Below are positions 1 through 6,950 of a DNA stretch of 32,555 nt, piece after piece. Source of the stretch: an uncultured Gammaproteobacteria bacterium (lineage in GTDB: Bacteria > Patescibacteriota > Microgenomatia > UBA12405); the NCBI GenBank assembly GCA_964607745.1, contig CAZSLG010000001.1:1-32555 (forward strand). Reading direction: 5' to 3'. The notes beneath the pieces are model-generated. The model saw nothing but the letters and a program-made list of their open reading frames with translations. It did not search any database and had not been told where the DNA came from. The translations under genes and the position numbers were made by a program. Each line of letters begins with the position of its first letter. Position 1 is the first letter of the stretch.

Positions 1-66
1 AACTGTTTAATATTTAAGTTTTAATAGTTTTTTTAACTGTTTAAGTTTTAACTGTTTAACTGTTTG
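1..66 (+). repeat. Four direct copies of AACTGTTT (1-8, 35-42, 50-57, 58-65) upstream of the first CDS, with one more copy at 14812-14819
   Basis: Read directly from the sequence. Function is unknown; it could be iteron- or operator-like, or simple AT-rich slippage. Confidence 0.5.
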
Positions 67-91
67 ATGATATGTTATTATTTTATTAACC

Positions 92-1225
92 ATGGAAAAC
101 TTCACTCCCTTAAAACCAGCGGAAAAAAAGAAAAGGAAATTCAGTAAGTTCTTTATCTTTGGAAATCTTTTTTTAGTCGTTCTTGTGGCAGTGATAGGAA
201 TACTATATTACAACAAAACTTTAATAACAACAAAACAAAAAGCAGCAGGGGCACCTATTTGTAAAGCTAGCGATTATCCTAATTGTACTGAATGGACTGA
301 TGTTCAAGAAAGTAAAGGTGGTTGTTGTTCAAACGGAAAATTTTGTGATGGAGGAACATGTATTGATTGTAATAAAGGAGCTAAATGCATGTCGGTTAGG
401 CAGGAAATAAAATGTACTGCAGGAAGTCCACTTGGGCAACATTGTCTAGTTGGTACACCTCAATTATCTTGCAGGGATGATGTTGTATGTGAAGAGGGTG
501 GTGGAGATGATTTATGTCCAAATGGTCAACCACCAATCTGTGATACTAATCAAATAAATTGTGTTAGTCCTGGGCAATGTATATTCCCTAATCATCCTGT
601 AAAACCTATTGAATCATGTGGTGACCCGGGCGACTTAAGGTTTAGATGTTATACGAACTGTACGTGTGAGGCAACTACCCCCACCCCAACCCCTCCAGAT
701 GTCACCAATTCTCCAACGCCAACAAGCGTCATTACCAATACTCCGACCCCGACGCCAACGGGAGTAATTACAAATACCCCAACTTCAACAAGAACGCCAA
801 CGCCAACAAGAACTCCCACCCCAACTGCAACCCCGACCGGAACGATCGTTCCCTCAAATACACCAACCGCAACGCCAACCGCAACCCCAGGGCCTTCGGC
901 AACCCCGATCCCGGTCCTTTGCGGAACCAAAAGCTGTGACAATGCCACTAATCCATGCCGAGACAACTATATTTGCGTTCAAGCCAATGACGGGTCAAAC
1001 TATTGTACATCGCCTGACTTCCAGACTGCCTGCAAAGCCAACCCAACCTATGACAATTGTTGTACGGCTCCGGGAGCACCAACGGCAACTCCAACCGAGA
1101 TTATTTTAGCTCAAGTTTCTCAGTCTCCACCAACTGCGGTTGCTAAATTATTACAAACAGGTGTGATACAATCATTTGTATATTTGATTCCGGCGCTTAT
1201 TATGCTAGTCGGATTAATATTATAA
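92..1225 (+). CDS. Cys-rich, Pro/Thr-linker surface protein with an N-terminal TM anchor and a C-terminal hydrophobic segment
   Basis: 377-aa ORF. It has an N-terminal KKKRK stretch plus a hydrophobic helix, many Cys, and long PT(P)T linkers. The C-terminus LLQTG plus 20 hydrophobic residues only loosely resembles an LPXTG sorting signal and lacks a basic tail. The antisense ORF 649-966 is a shadow. Confidence 0.6.
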   Translation: MENFTPLKPAEKKKRKFSKFFIFGNLFLVVLVAVIGILYYNKTLITTKQKAAGAPICKASDYPNCTEWTDVQESKGGCCSNGKFCDGGTCIDCNKGAKCMSVRQEIKCTAGSPLGQHCLVGTPQLSCRDDVVCEEGGGDDLCPNGQPPICDTNQINCVSPGQCIFPNHPVKPIESCGDPGDLRFRCYTNCTCEATTPTPTPPDVTNSPTPTSVITNTPTPTPTGVITNTPTSTRTPTPTRTPTPTATPTGTIVPSNTPTATPTATPGPSATPIPVLCGTKSCDNATNPCRDNYICVQANDGSNYCTSPDFQTACKANPTYDNCCTAPGAPTATPTEIILAQVSQSPPTAVAKLLQTGVIQSFVYLIPALIMLVGLIL

Positions 1226-1240
1226 ATTTATAAAATTATT

Positions 1241-1729
1241 ATGGCAAAAACAGCCACAGAAGGGACTGATTTCAAGGGAACGTTCGGAAAATTAGAAGTT
1301 ATTTTGGAAGAATATTTGGTAGAAAAAGTACCGTTTCAGCTGCCAAAAAACGTTAAGGAGATCATCGTCAAGTTTGCCCCATATTTAGCGATCATTGGAG
1401 TTGTCATGGGTATTCCGGGGGTTTTAGCTCTACTTGGAGCCGGAACAATCTTAGCGCCTTTAGGATTAGTTGGAGGAATGATGACAGGAAGACCATTTTT
1501 GGGATTTGGATATATCGTCAGCGTTGTATTTTTAGGAGTAATGATATTACTTGAGGGTCTGGCCATTCCTGGATTATTTTCCCGATCAAAAAAAGGTTGG
1601 ACTTATCTATATTGGAGCGCCCTTGTTGGAGTACTCCAGAATATAATCAGCTTTAACGTCGGAGGACTGGTCATTGGAGGGTTGATCTCAATGTATTTCC
1701 TTTTCCAGGTAAAAGAGTATTATAAATAA
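1241..1729 (+). CDS. Small polytopic membrane protein, function unknown
   Basis: 162-aa ORF starting 15 nt after the previous stop. It has 3-4 Gly-rich hydrophobic segments. Confidence 0.6.
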   Translation: MAKTATEGTDFKGTFGKLEVILEEYLVEKVPFQLPKNVKEIIVKFAPYLAIIGVVMGIPGVLALLGAGTILAPLGLVGGMMTGRPFLGFGYIVSVVFLGVMILLEGLAIPGLFSRSKKGWTYLYWSALVGVLQNIISFNVGGLVIGGLISMYFLFQVKEYYK

Positions 1730-1741
1730 GTTTTTTTATAG

Positions 1742-1819
1742 AGACTCGGTAACGAAATTTTTTATCACAGCGGGGACCCCTACACCCCGAAAGTGAAAAA
1801 AATTCCGGTTACCTCGTCT
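1742..1819 (+). repeat. Long-palindrome element, family A, copy A1 (intergenic)
   Basis: Core is TTTTTTATCACAG-CGGGG-ACCCCTACA-CCCCG-AAAGTGAAAAAAA. Outer arms CGGTAACGAAATTTT / AAAATTCCGGTTACC pair. Near-identical cores occur at 3658-3702, 4004-4047 and 6635-6678. Confidence 0.8.
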
Positions 1820-1833
1820 GCCAAATAACAGCA

Positions 1834-1921
1834 AAAGCGAGACGCTTAATTTTTTGCGACTTTTGGACCTCGCGACTGCGAAGAGGCTCCAACGGAGCAA
1901 TAAAATTTAGTGTCTCGCTTT
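1834..1921 (+). repeat. Long-palindrome element, family C, copy C1 (intergenic), MITE-like with about 20-bp terminal inverted repeats
   Basis: The ends AAAGCGAGACGCTTAATTTT and AAAATTTAGTGTCTCGCTTT are reverse complements at 18 of 20 positions. An inverted near-identical copy lies at 17650-17736. Confidence 0.8.
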
Positions 1922-1956
1922 AACTTTTTAAATCTTCTTCATGTTATTATATTAAG

Positions 1957-3095
1957 ATGAATTTAGATAACTACGATTATTTTTTGCCCGAAAAAAACTT
2001 AGCTTTGAGCCCGGCTGTACCTCGTGATTCTTCAAAACTTCTTATTTATAATTCTGTATCCGGAGAAATTATTTTTGATCGTTTTTATAATCTTGATAAG
2101 TATCTTCCCAATAATTCGTTTATGGTGATGAATAACACTAGGGTATTACCGGCCAGGGTTACCCTCCTACGCCAAGGCTTCGGAGGGCAGGCAAAAGGAA
2201 AAGTGGTAATTCTATTTCTAGTAAATGAAATTATTGATAACATTATTCCTGTAATGGTTGATCGTAAAATTAATGTTGGGGAAAAAGTATTTCTCGACTC
2301 AAAAAATTATTTAAAAGTAATTACTCAAAAAGAAAACATCTTTAATTTGGAGTTTAATTTTTCTCGGAACAATTTGTTTGATCTGTTAAGAAAATATGGA
2401 ACAATGCCGATTCCTCCTTATTTAAAAAAATCTCCGCTGAAAAGGGATGAGCTTTTAGAAAAATATCAGACAATTTTTGCCAAGACCGATGGTTCAGCGG
2501 CCGCTCCGACCGCATCGTTGCACTTTACTGACAGCGTTTTTAATAAATTAAAAAAAAAGGAATTGAAAAATATTTCATCACTCTTCACGTAGGGATGGGG
2601 ACATTCGCGCCGATCGATGAAAATAATATTAAACAAAAAAAGCTTCACGAAGAATATTATGAAATTGATAAAGAAACACTTCAATGTATTGATACATTGA
2701 AGAGCCAAGGAAAGAAGTTGGTGGCGGTGGGAACAACGGTTGTTAGAACGATTGAATCAATCGCTCGACAACATGTTTTTTCGTCCGCCACACCCCCACG
2801 GGGGCCCCTGGCGATTCCTCAAAAACAGTTGTCTTCGCTTTTAAAATCAAGGACCCAAAATCTAAAATCTAATATCTATAGCAAAACCGATCTTTTTATT
2901 TTTCCACCATATGATTTCAAATTAGTAGACATTATGATCACTAATTTTCATCTGCCGAAATCATCGCTGATGATGTTGGTTGAGGCGTTTTTACAATTTA
3001 AAGGAGCAAAAAATAGTTTGGTCGAACTGTATGAAATTGCTATTAAAAATAACTTTAGGTTTTATTCGTTTGGAGACGCCATGCTCATTTTATAA
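1957..3095 (+). pseudogene. queA: S-adenosylmethionine:tRNA ribosyltransferase-isomerase (QueA), reading frame broken in an A9 run
   Basis: ORFs 1957-2592 and 2595-3095 together give a QueA-like protein: N-terminal YDYFLPEKNLA..P..PRDSSKLL, then APTASLHFT, then ITLHVGMGTFAPI. The downstream frame is open back to 2547. The two frames join within A9 at 2550-2558, and a -1 shift restores ..NKLKKKGIEKYFITLHVGMGTF.. Confidence 0.85.
2759..2841 (+). repeat. Family A-like palindromic element with a variant core, inside queA
   Basis: Shares the arms GCTCGACAACATGTTTTTT ... AAAAACAGTTGTCTTCGCTTT with A3/A4. The core differs: CGCCA-CACCCCCACGGGGGCCCC-TGGCG. It translates as SSATPPRGPLAIPQKQLSSL. Confidence 0.55.
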
Positions 3096-3098
3096 AAC

Positions 3099-3236
3099 CT
3101 ACATGTTTGATATAGCCCGGAAAAGAAACAACACAAAGACAACTACCGCAGTAAGGACAGCCAAAGCAACATAATTTGTTTGATATGCTTCTTTTTTAAT
3201 AGTTCTCCTGACAGTTTTTTTAGATTTTCTTGCCAT
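3099..3236 (-). CDS. Possible 45-aa tail-anchored small membrane protein (below the ORF-track cutoff)
   Basis: ATG at 3236 and TAG at 3099-3101. Translates as MARKSKKTVRRTIKKEAYQTNYVALAVLTAVVVFVLFLFRAISNM, a basic N-terminus plus one TM helix. A consensus-like promoter sits directly upstream. Confidence 0.35.
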   Translation of the reverse strand: MARKSKKTVRRTIKKEAYQTNYVALAVLTAVVVFVLFLFRAISNM

Positions 3237-3242
3237 GTACAA

Positions 3243-3271
3243 AATATAACTGTCTAAATTTTATTTGTCAA
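3243..3271 (-). promoter_or_regulatory. Sigma70-like promoter TTGACA-N17-TATATT on the minus strand, 6 nt before the ATG at 3236 (leaderless geometry)
   Basis: The reverse complement of 3243-3271 reads TTGACAAATAAAATTTAGACAGTTATATT. Confidence 0.45.
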
Positions 3272-3325
3272 GATGGCGAATTTTGTCTGGTAGAATAATA
3301 AAGCATTGACAATAAAAAATGATTT

Positions 3326-4636
3326 ATGAATAAATTTTTTAAGGTTTTCCATAATTCCAAAAAATCCAAGTCGCGGTTAGGAGAAATTATGACGGATCAT
3401 GGGGCGATCAAGACCCCGGCATTTGTGCCGGCGGCAACGAAGGGAACAATTAAATCTTTATCACCTCAATTAATTAAGGAAATTGGGATACAGGCGGGTT
3501 GTGTTAATACATATCATTTAGTTACTCATCCGGGAGCGAAGATCATCGAAAAGGCCGGAGGAATTCATAAATATTCGCAATTAAATATGCCATTGATGAG
3601 TGACTCAGGGGGGTTTCAGGTATTTTCATTGGCCAGAGATAAGACTCGGCGTGAGTCTTTTTTATCACAGCGGGGACCCCTGCACCCCGAAAGTGAAAAA
3701 AATCCTCCCGCCTCATCTTCAATGGATCAAAGAAAAGCCGATATTCGCGGTGAAGAACAGCCTTTGTTAGTAAAGATTTCCGAAGATGGGGTGAAGTTTC
3801 GGTCGACATTTGATGGGGCATTAATTGAATTTACTCCGGAGAAATCGATGGAATATCAAAGGCAGATCGCGGCGGATATTAATATGGCGTTTGACGAGTG
3901 TACTTATTATCCGGCGACGCATGAGTATGCGGAAAAAGCGATGCAAAGAACCCATGAATGGTTACTTCGTTGTATTAAATATAAAAAAAGCTCGATACCG
4001 AAATTTTTTGACACAGTGGGGACCCCTAACCCCAAAAGTGCAAAAAATTTAGTATCTTCGCTTTCTAAACAATATTTATATGGTGTGATTCAGGGAGCAA
4101 CTTATGAAGATTTGCGTAAAAAATCAGCCGAGTTTGTGGTTTCACAGGGAACACCGGGTGTTGCCATTGGGGGAGTATCGGTCGGGGAGACTAAGAAAGA
4201 GATGAGGGATCAGGTCCGATGGGTGTCCGATTATTTGCCAAAGGATCGGCCGGTTCATTTACTTGGAGTGGGGCAGATAGACGATATAATTGACCTTGTA
4301 AAATACGGGATTGATACTTTTGATTGTGTAGAGCCGACGAGATTGGCGAGAATGGGAACACTATATGAAATTTTCAATAAAAATGAAAAATTCAAAATGA
4401 AAAATGAAAAATCTGGTGAAATCGATATTAACAAATCGATTTATAAGAATGATTTGAATCCAGTTGTAAGCAATTGTCAGTGCTACACTTGTCTCAATTT
4501 CACCAGGTCTTATCTCCATCATTTATTTAAACAACGGGAAATCCTCGGCTACACTCTGGCAACCTTTCATAATTTATGGGTGATGGAGAAATTGTTTGAG
4601 GGGATTCGCGATTTAATAATCAAAGATAAAATATAA
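3326..4636 (+). CDS. tgt: Queuine tRNA-ribosyltransferase carrying three extra in-frame segments
   Basis: Motifs TPAFVPAATKG, NTYHL, SDSGGFQVFSL, FDEC, GVIQG, GGVSVGE, LLGVG, FDCVEPTR and the zinc motif CQCYTC..HHL are present. The protein is longer than classical Tgt at 3641-3719, 3987-4064 and about 4366-4412. Confidence 0.92.
   Translation: MNKFFKVFHNSKKSKSRLGEIMTDHGAIKTPAFVPAATKGTIKSLSPQLIKEIGIQAGCVNTYHLVTHPGAKIIEKAGGIHKYSQLNMPLMSDSGGFQVFSLARDKTRRESFLSQRGPLHPESEKNPPASSSMDQRKADIRGEEQPLLVKISEDGVKFRSTFDGALIEFTPEKSMEYQRQIAADINMAFDECTYYPATHEYAEKAMQRTHEWLLRCIKYKKSSIPKFFDTVGTPNPKSAKNLVSSLSKQYLYGVIQGATYEDLRKKSAEFVVSQGTPGVAIGGVSVGETKKEMRDQVRWVSDYLPKDRPVHLLGVGQIDDIIDLVKYGIDTFDCVEPTRLARMGTLYEIFNKNEKFKMKNEKSGEIDINKSIYKNDLNPVVSNCQCYTCLNFTRSYLHHLFKQREILGYTLATFHNLWVMEKLFEGIRDLIIKDKI
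3641..3719 (+). repeat. Family A element, copy A2, in frame inside tgt
   Basis: Core at 3658-3702 differs from A1 at one base. Translated as ..SFLSQRGPLHPESEKNPP.. Confidence 0.8.
3987..4064 (+). repeat. Family A element, copy A3, in frame inside tgt (78 bp = 26 codons by my boundaries)
   Basis: Arms AAAGCTCGATACCGAAATTTTTT ... AAAAAATTTAGTATCTTCGCTTT flank the core GACACAGTGGGGACCCCTAACCCCAAAAGTGC. Translated as KSSIPKFFDTVGTPNPKSAKNLVSSL. Confidence 0.75.
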
Positions 4637-4674
4637 TTAAATGACTAAATACTATTTATTAAAATAACTAAGTC

Positions 4675-4683
4675 TGCTATAAT
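4675..4683 (+). promoter_or_regulatory. Extended -10 element TGCTATAAT upstream of the 4710 CDS
   Basis: Exact TGnTATAAT match 27 nt before the ATG. Confidence 0.4.
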
Positions 4684-4709
4684 ATATACTATAAGATAAA
4701 TATAATCAT

Positions 4710-5900
4710 ATGTCAGCAGAAACATTTTCTAAACCGATTTTAAGAGATGAAATATTAAGCGAAACCCAAAGACGTCATGGTTTGCTTCCAATTCTTGCAG
4801 CTTCAGCTTTTTCAAAAGAAGCTCATTTTAGGGTTGAAGATTTTGAAATTGCCAAAAGGAGGAGTCAAGTTGTAATAAAAGACCGGTGTCCCGACGCCAG
4901 AACAGATTCAATCTTTGATTTAGCTACTTTTACAACTTCTTCCATCGCTTCAGCAGGTGATCCAAACTATTACACAAAATTGTATAATCACCCGTCTTCA
5001 AAAATTATTGTTTCCTATACTCATTTTGATGCGGAGGAAACCAAAAGAAATCGAAAATCAACAGGATGTGGTGGACAGGGAGCAAAGGAAATGGAAGAAG
5101 AAGATAATCCTGCCCTACATAAACTTTCGGCTGGAATAAAAGAATATGTTCATAATGATATATCAACAAGCGACCCAATCATTCTGGCTTTTGAAAAAGC
5201 TAGAAGAATTTCAAGATTAGCGCCAAATAAAATCGTACTTGCAGCCGTGCTTGACCATCTAAGTCTAAAATTAAATATTTTTGCCGCTATGACCAAAGGC
5301 GGGAAAATAAGTTTTACAAAAATTAATCCATTTGCACCAGTGGAAGATAGATATTTTTTTGAAGGAAGAGAGGACGAAATCATAAGCGAAATACAGAGGG
5401 CAGATATAAATGACGACAGATTAGCTGATGCTGTTTTTCTTTTAAGAGAACACAATAATCGACAAAGAAATTATATTCTTGATCAAAACGAACTTAGACA
5501 AAGCCAAAAAATTCAAAATCCTTTTATACTGCATATTGGAACAGGTGTTTCTTCTATAAAATATCGTTTACCTGGTTTGTTTGAAGGACCAAACTGCCAT
5601 TTTTCTTTGAGAGTACCAATGGTAGGCAGGCAAAAGAAAATGCTTCTACAAAAAGCACTCAATCAGGCAGAATACCCTCTAACTCACGCCGTGGAAAGTA
5701 TAAAAAAAGGATCAGGACAATTTTTTGATATGAGAACCATACTAATTGAAGCACCTGATGAACCGTCACTAAGAGAGATTACAGAGGATTTATCAACAGT
5801 TTTTGGATTAGAAGAATGGTTGGACTTGGGGGGAAGAATTATCATCTCAGAATTTGAAGAAGGCAAAATAATCAAATCCATTAATCATTTTGAATATTAA
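4710..5900 (+). CDS. Hypothetical soluble protein, 396 aa, no family recognised
   Basis: Long ORF filling the gap between tgt and fmt, with no TM segments. I cannot assign a domain from memory. Confidence 0.6.
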   Translation: MSAETFSKPILRDEILSETQRRHGLLPILAASAFSKEAHFRVEDFEIAKRRSQVVIKDRCPDARTDSIFDLATFTTSSIASAGDPNYYTKLYNHPSSKIIVSYTHFDAEETKRNRKSTGCGGQGAKEMEEEDNPALHKLSAGIKEYVHNDISTSDPIILAFEKARRISRLAPNKIVLAAVLDHLSLKLNIFAAMTKGGKISFTKINPFAPVEDRYFFEGREDEIISEIQRADINDDRLADAVFLLREHNNRQRNYILDQNELRQSQKIQNPFILHIGTGVSSIKYRLPGLFEGPNCHFSLRVPMVGRQKKMLLQKALNQAEYPLTHAVESIKKGSGQFFDMRTILIEAPDEPSLREITEDLSTVFGLEEWLDLGGRIIISEFEEGKIIKSINHFEY

Positions 5901-5901
5901 T

Positions 5902-6888
5902 TTAAAATATTTTGTAAGCTTTATTAAAAGTTTTAAAGTCAACTTCGGTTTTTCCTTCAAGTTGAACAGCGTCAATTGTTAAATTGTTAAATTGTTTCAT
6001 TGTTATCTTGGTGATTTTCAGTCTCTTGCCGTTGGGGAGGATAGTCCAAATTCCAGGCCAGGGATAAAGCCCCCGAAAAAGATTAAATAATTTTTCGGGG
6101 GAATTTTCAATTTTCAATTTTAAATTTTCAAAGGAAATAAAGCCGCCGGATTTTTCCAATTTTTTTGTATAAGTTGCCTCCTTATGATTTTGTTCTGTTA
6201 ATTTAAAAATGGGGCCTGTCTCGTGTCTTTTCCCGTCGGTGCTCGCTTCGGACAAAATCCCTCGACTGCGTGCCGTCGGGATCCCTAGACCCTCGACACC
6301 CATTTTTATTATTATCTTAAACATTTCAAAGGCTAAATTAGTTAATTTTGTTTCCAAATCCGGCCTATAATCGGAGCTTTTGATCGTATAAGTTTCTTGT
6401 GCAATAATCGGCCCGTGGTCTATCTCTTCATCCATTTTGATTATGGTGACTCCAGTGGTTTTGTCTCCATTGATTAAAGGAGTGGCGATCGGGGAGGGTC
6501 CGCGATATTTTGGCAGTAAAGATGGATGAATATTCCAAAAACCGTACTTCGGCAAGCTCAATATTTTTTTTGGAATAAGAGCGCCGTAAGCATAAACCAA
6601 AACTAAATCGATGTCTTTGAGCTCGATATATAAATTTTTTATCACAGCGGGAACTCCTAACCCCGAAAGTGAAAAAAATTTAATGTCTTTGCTCATAAGA
6701 TATTTTTTTGCAACTAATTTTACCGGAGTAGGAGTTAGAATTTGTTTTCGACCAACTTTTTGATCGGGTTGGGTCACTACAAGTTTCACTTCAATTAATT
6801 TATTAATTGTAGTATCTGTAATCAGTTTTTCCAGAAAATCGGCAGCAAAGTCGGGAGAACCGAAATAGACAATTTTGAATTTATCCAT
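5902..6888 (-). CDS. fmt: Methionyl-tRNA formyltransferase with in-frame inserted segments
   Basis: Matches to Fmt: KIVYFGSPDFA, VVTQPDQKVGRKQ..TPTPVK, the SLLP motif region WNIHPSLLPKYRGPSPI, GDKTTGVTIIKMDEEIDHGPI, and C-terminal YPWPG. Extra segments lie at 6618-6695 and 6205-6307. Confidence 0.92.
   Translation of the reverse strand: MDKFKIVYFGSPDFAADFLEKLITDTTINKLIEVKLVVTQPDQKVGRKQILTPTPVKLVAKKYLMSKDIKFFSLSGLGVPAVIKNLYIELKDIDLVLVYAYGALIPKKILSLPKYGFWNIHPSLLPKYRGPSPIATPLINGDKTTGVTIIKMDEEIDHGPIIAQETYTIKSSDYRPDLETKLTNLAFEMFKIIIKMGVEGLGIPTARSRGILSEASTDGKRHETGPIFKLTEQNHKEATYTKKLEKSGGFISFENLKLKIENSPEKLFNLFRGLYPWPGIWTILPNGKRLKITKITMKQFNNLTIDAVQLEGKTEVDFKTFNKAYKIF
6205..6307. repeat. GC-rich inserted block with inverted ends (family D), in frame inside fmt
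   Basis: The ends AAAAATGGGG and ACCCATTTTT are reverse complements at 9 of 10 positions. They bracket a GC-rich block in an AT-rich gene. On the gene strand it translates as GVEGLGIPTARSRGILSEASTDGKRHETGPI. Confidence 0.5.
6618..6695 (+). repeat. Family A element, copy A4, inside fmt, plus-oriented although fmt is on the minus strand (78 bp)
   Basis: Arms TGAGCTCGATATATAAATTTTTT ... AAAAAAATTTAATGTCTTTGCTCA flank the core ATCACAGCGGGAACTCCTAACCCCGAAAGTG. Read antisense it gives KFFSLSGLGVPAVIKNLY. Confidence 0.75.
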
Positions 6889-6950
6889 GGACTTATTATA
6901 TCAATTACAATATTATTGTTAATTTTACTGGTGAATGATAGAGTTATATT

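Noticed and set aside
649-966. Antisense ORF opposite the PT-rich linker. The same class includes 1336-1566, 2466-2708, 3543-3821, 5150-5455, 7568-7813, 11544-11813, 14025-14336, 21091-21291 and the many short ORFs inside 22368-32405.
   Set aside because: They are shadow ORFs inside longer, recognisable genes on the other strand or frame. Their low-complexity translations (for example GVGVGV opposite PTPTPT) are typical artefacts.
2162-2187. The hairpin CCCTCC-N14-GGAGGG in queA (TLLRQGFGGQ) considered as another inserted element related to 14833-14898.
   Set aside because: This region is only about 5 residues longer than E. coli QueA as I recall it, and the similarity to the intergenic palindrome is limited to CCTCC/GGAGG. 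The evidence is insufficient.
2980-3174. The 64-aa ORF overlapping the queA 3' end, and the ORFs 3825-4052, 4957-5139, 18372-18563 and 18567-18761.
   Set aside because: They are out-of-frame overlaps within well-supported genes, with no independent signals.
3641-4064. The insertions in tgt, fmt and trxB considered as inteins or self-splicing introns.
   Set aside because: They are far too short at 8-30 codons. They lack intein splice-junction residues and blocks, and they lack group I/II intron structure. They are simple hairpins with copies in intergenic DNA.
4880-5075. A beta-carbonic-anhydrase-like CxDxR ... HxxC motif in the 396-aa orphan.
   Set aside because: The His and Cys are 15 residues apart instead of 2, and the surrounding sequence does not match the family, so the resemblance is probably coincidental.
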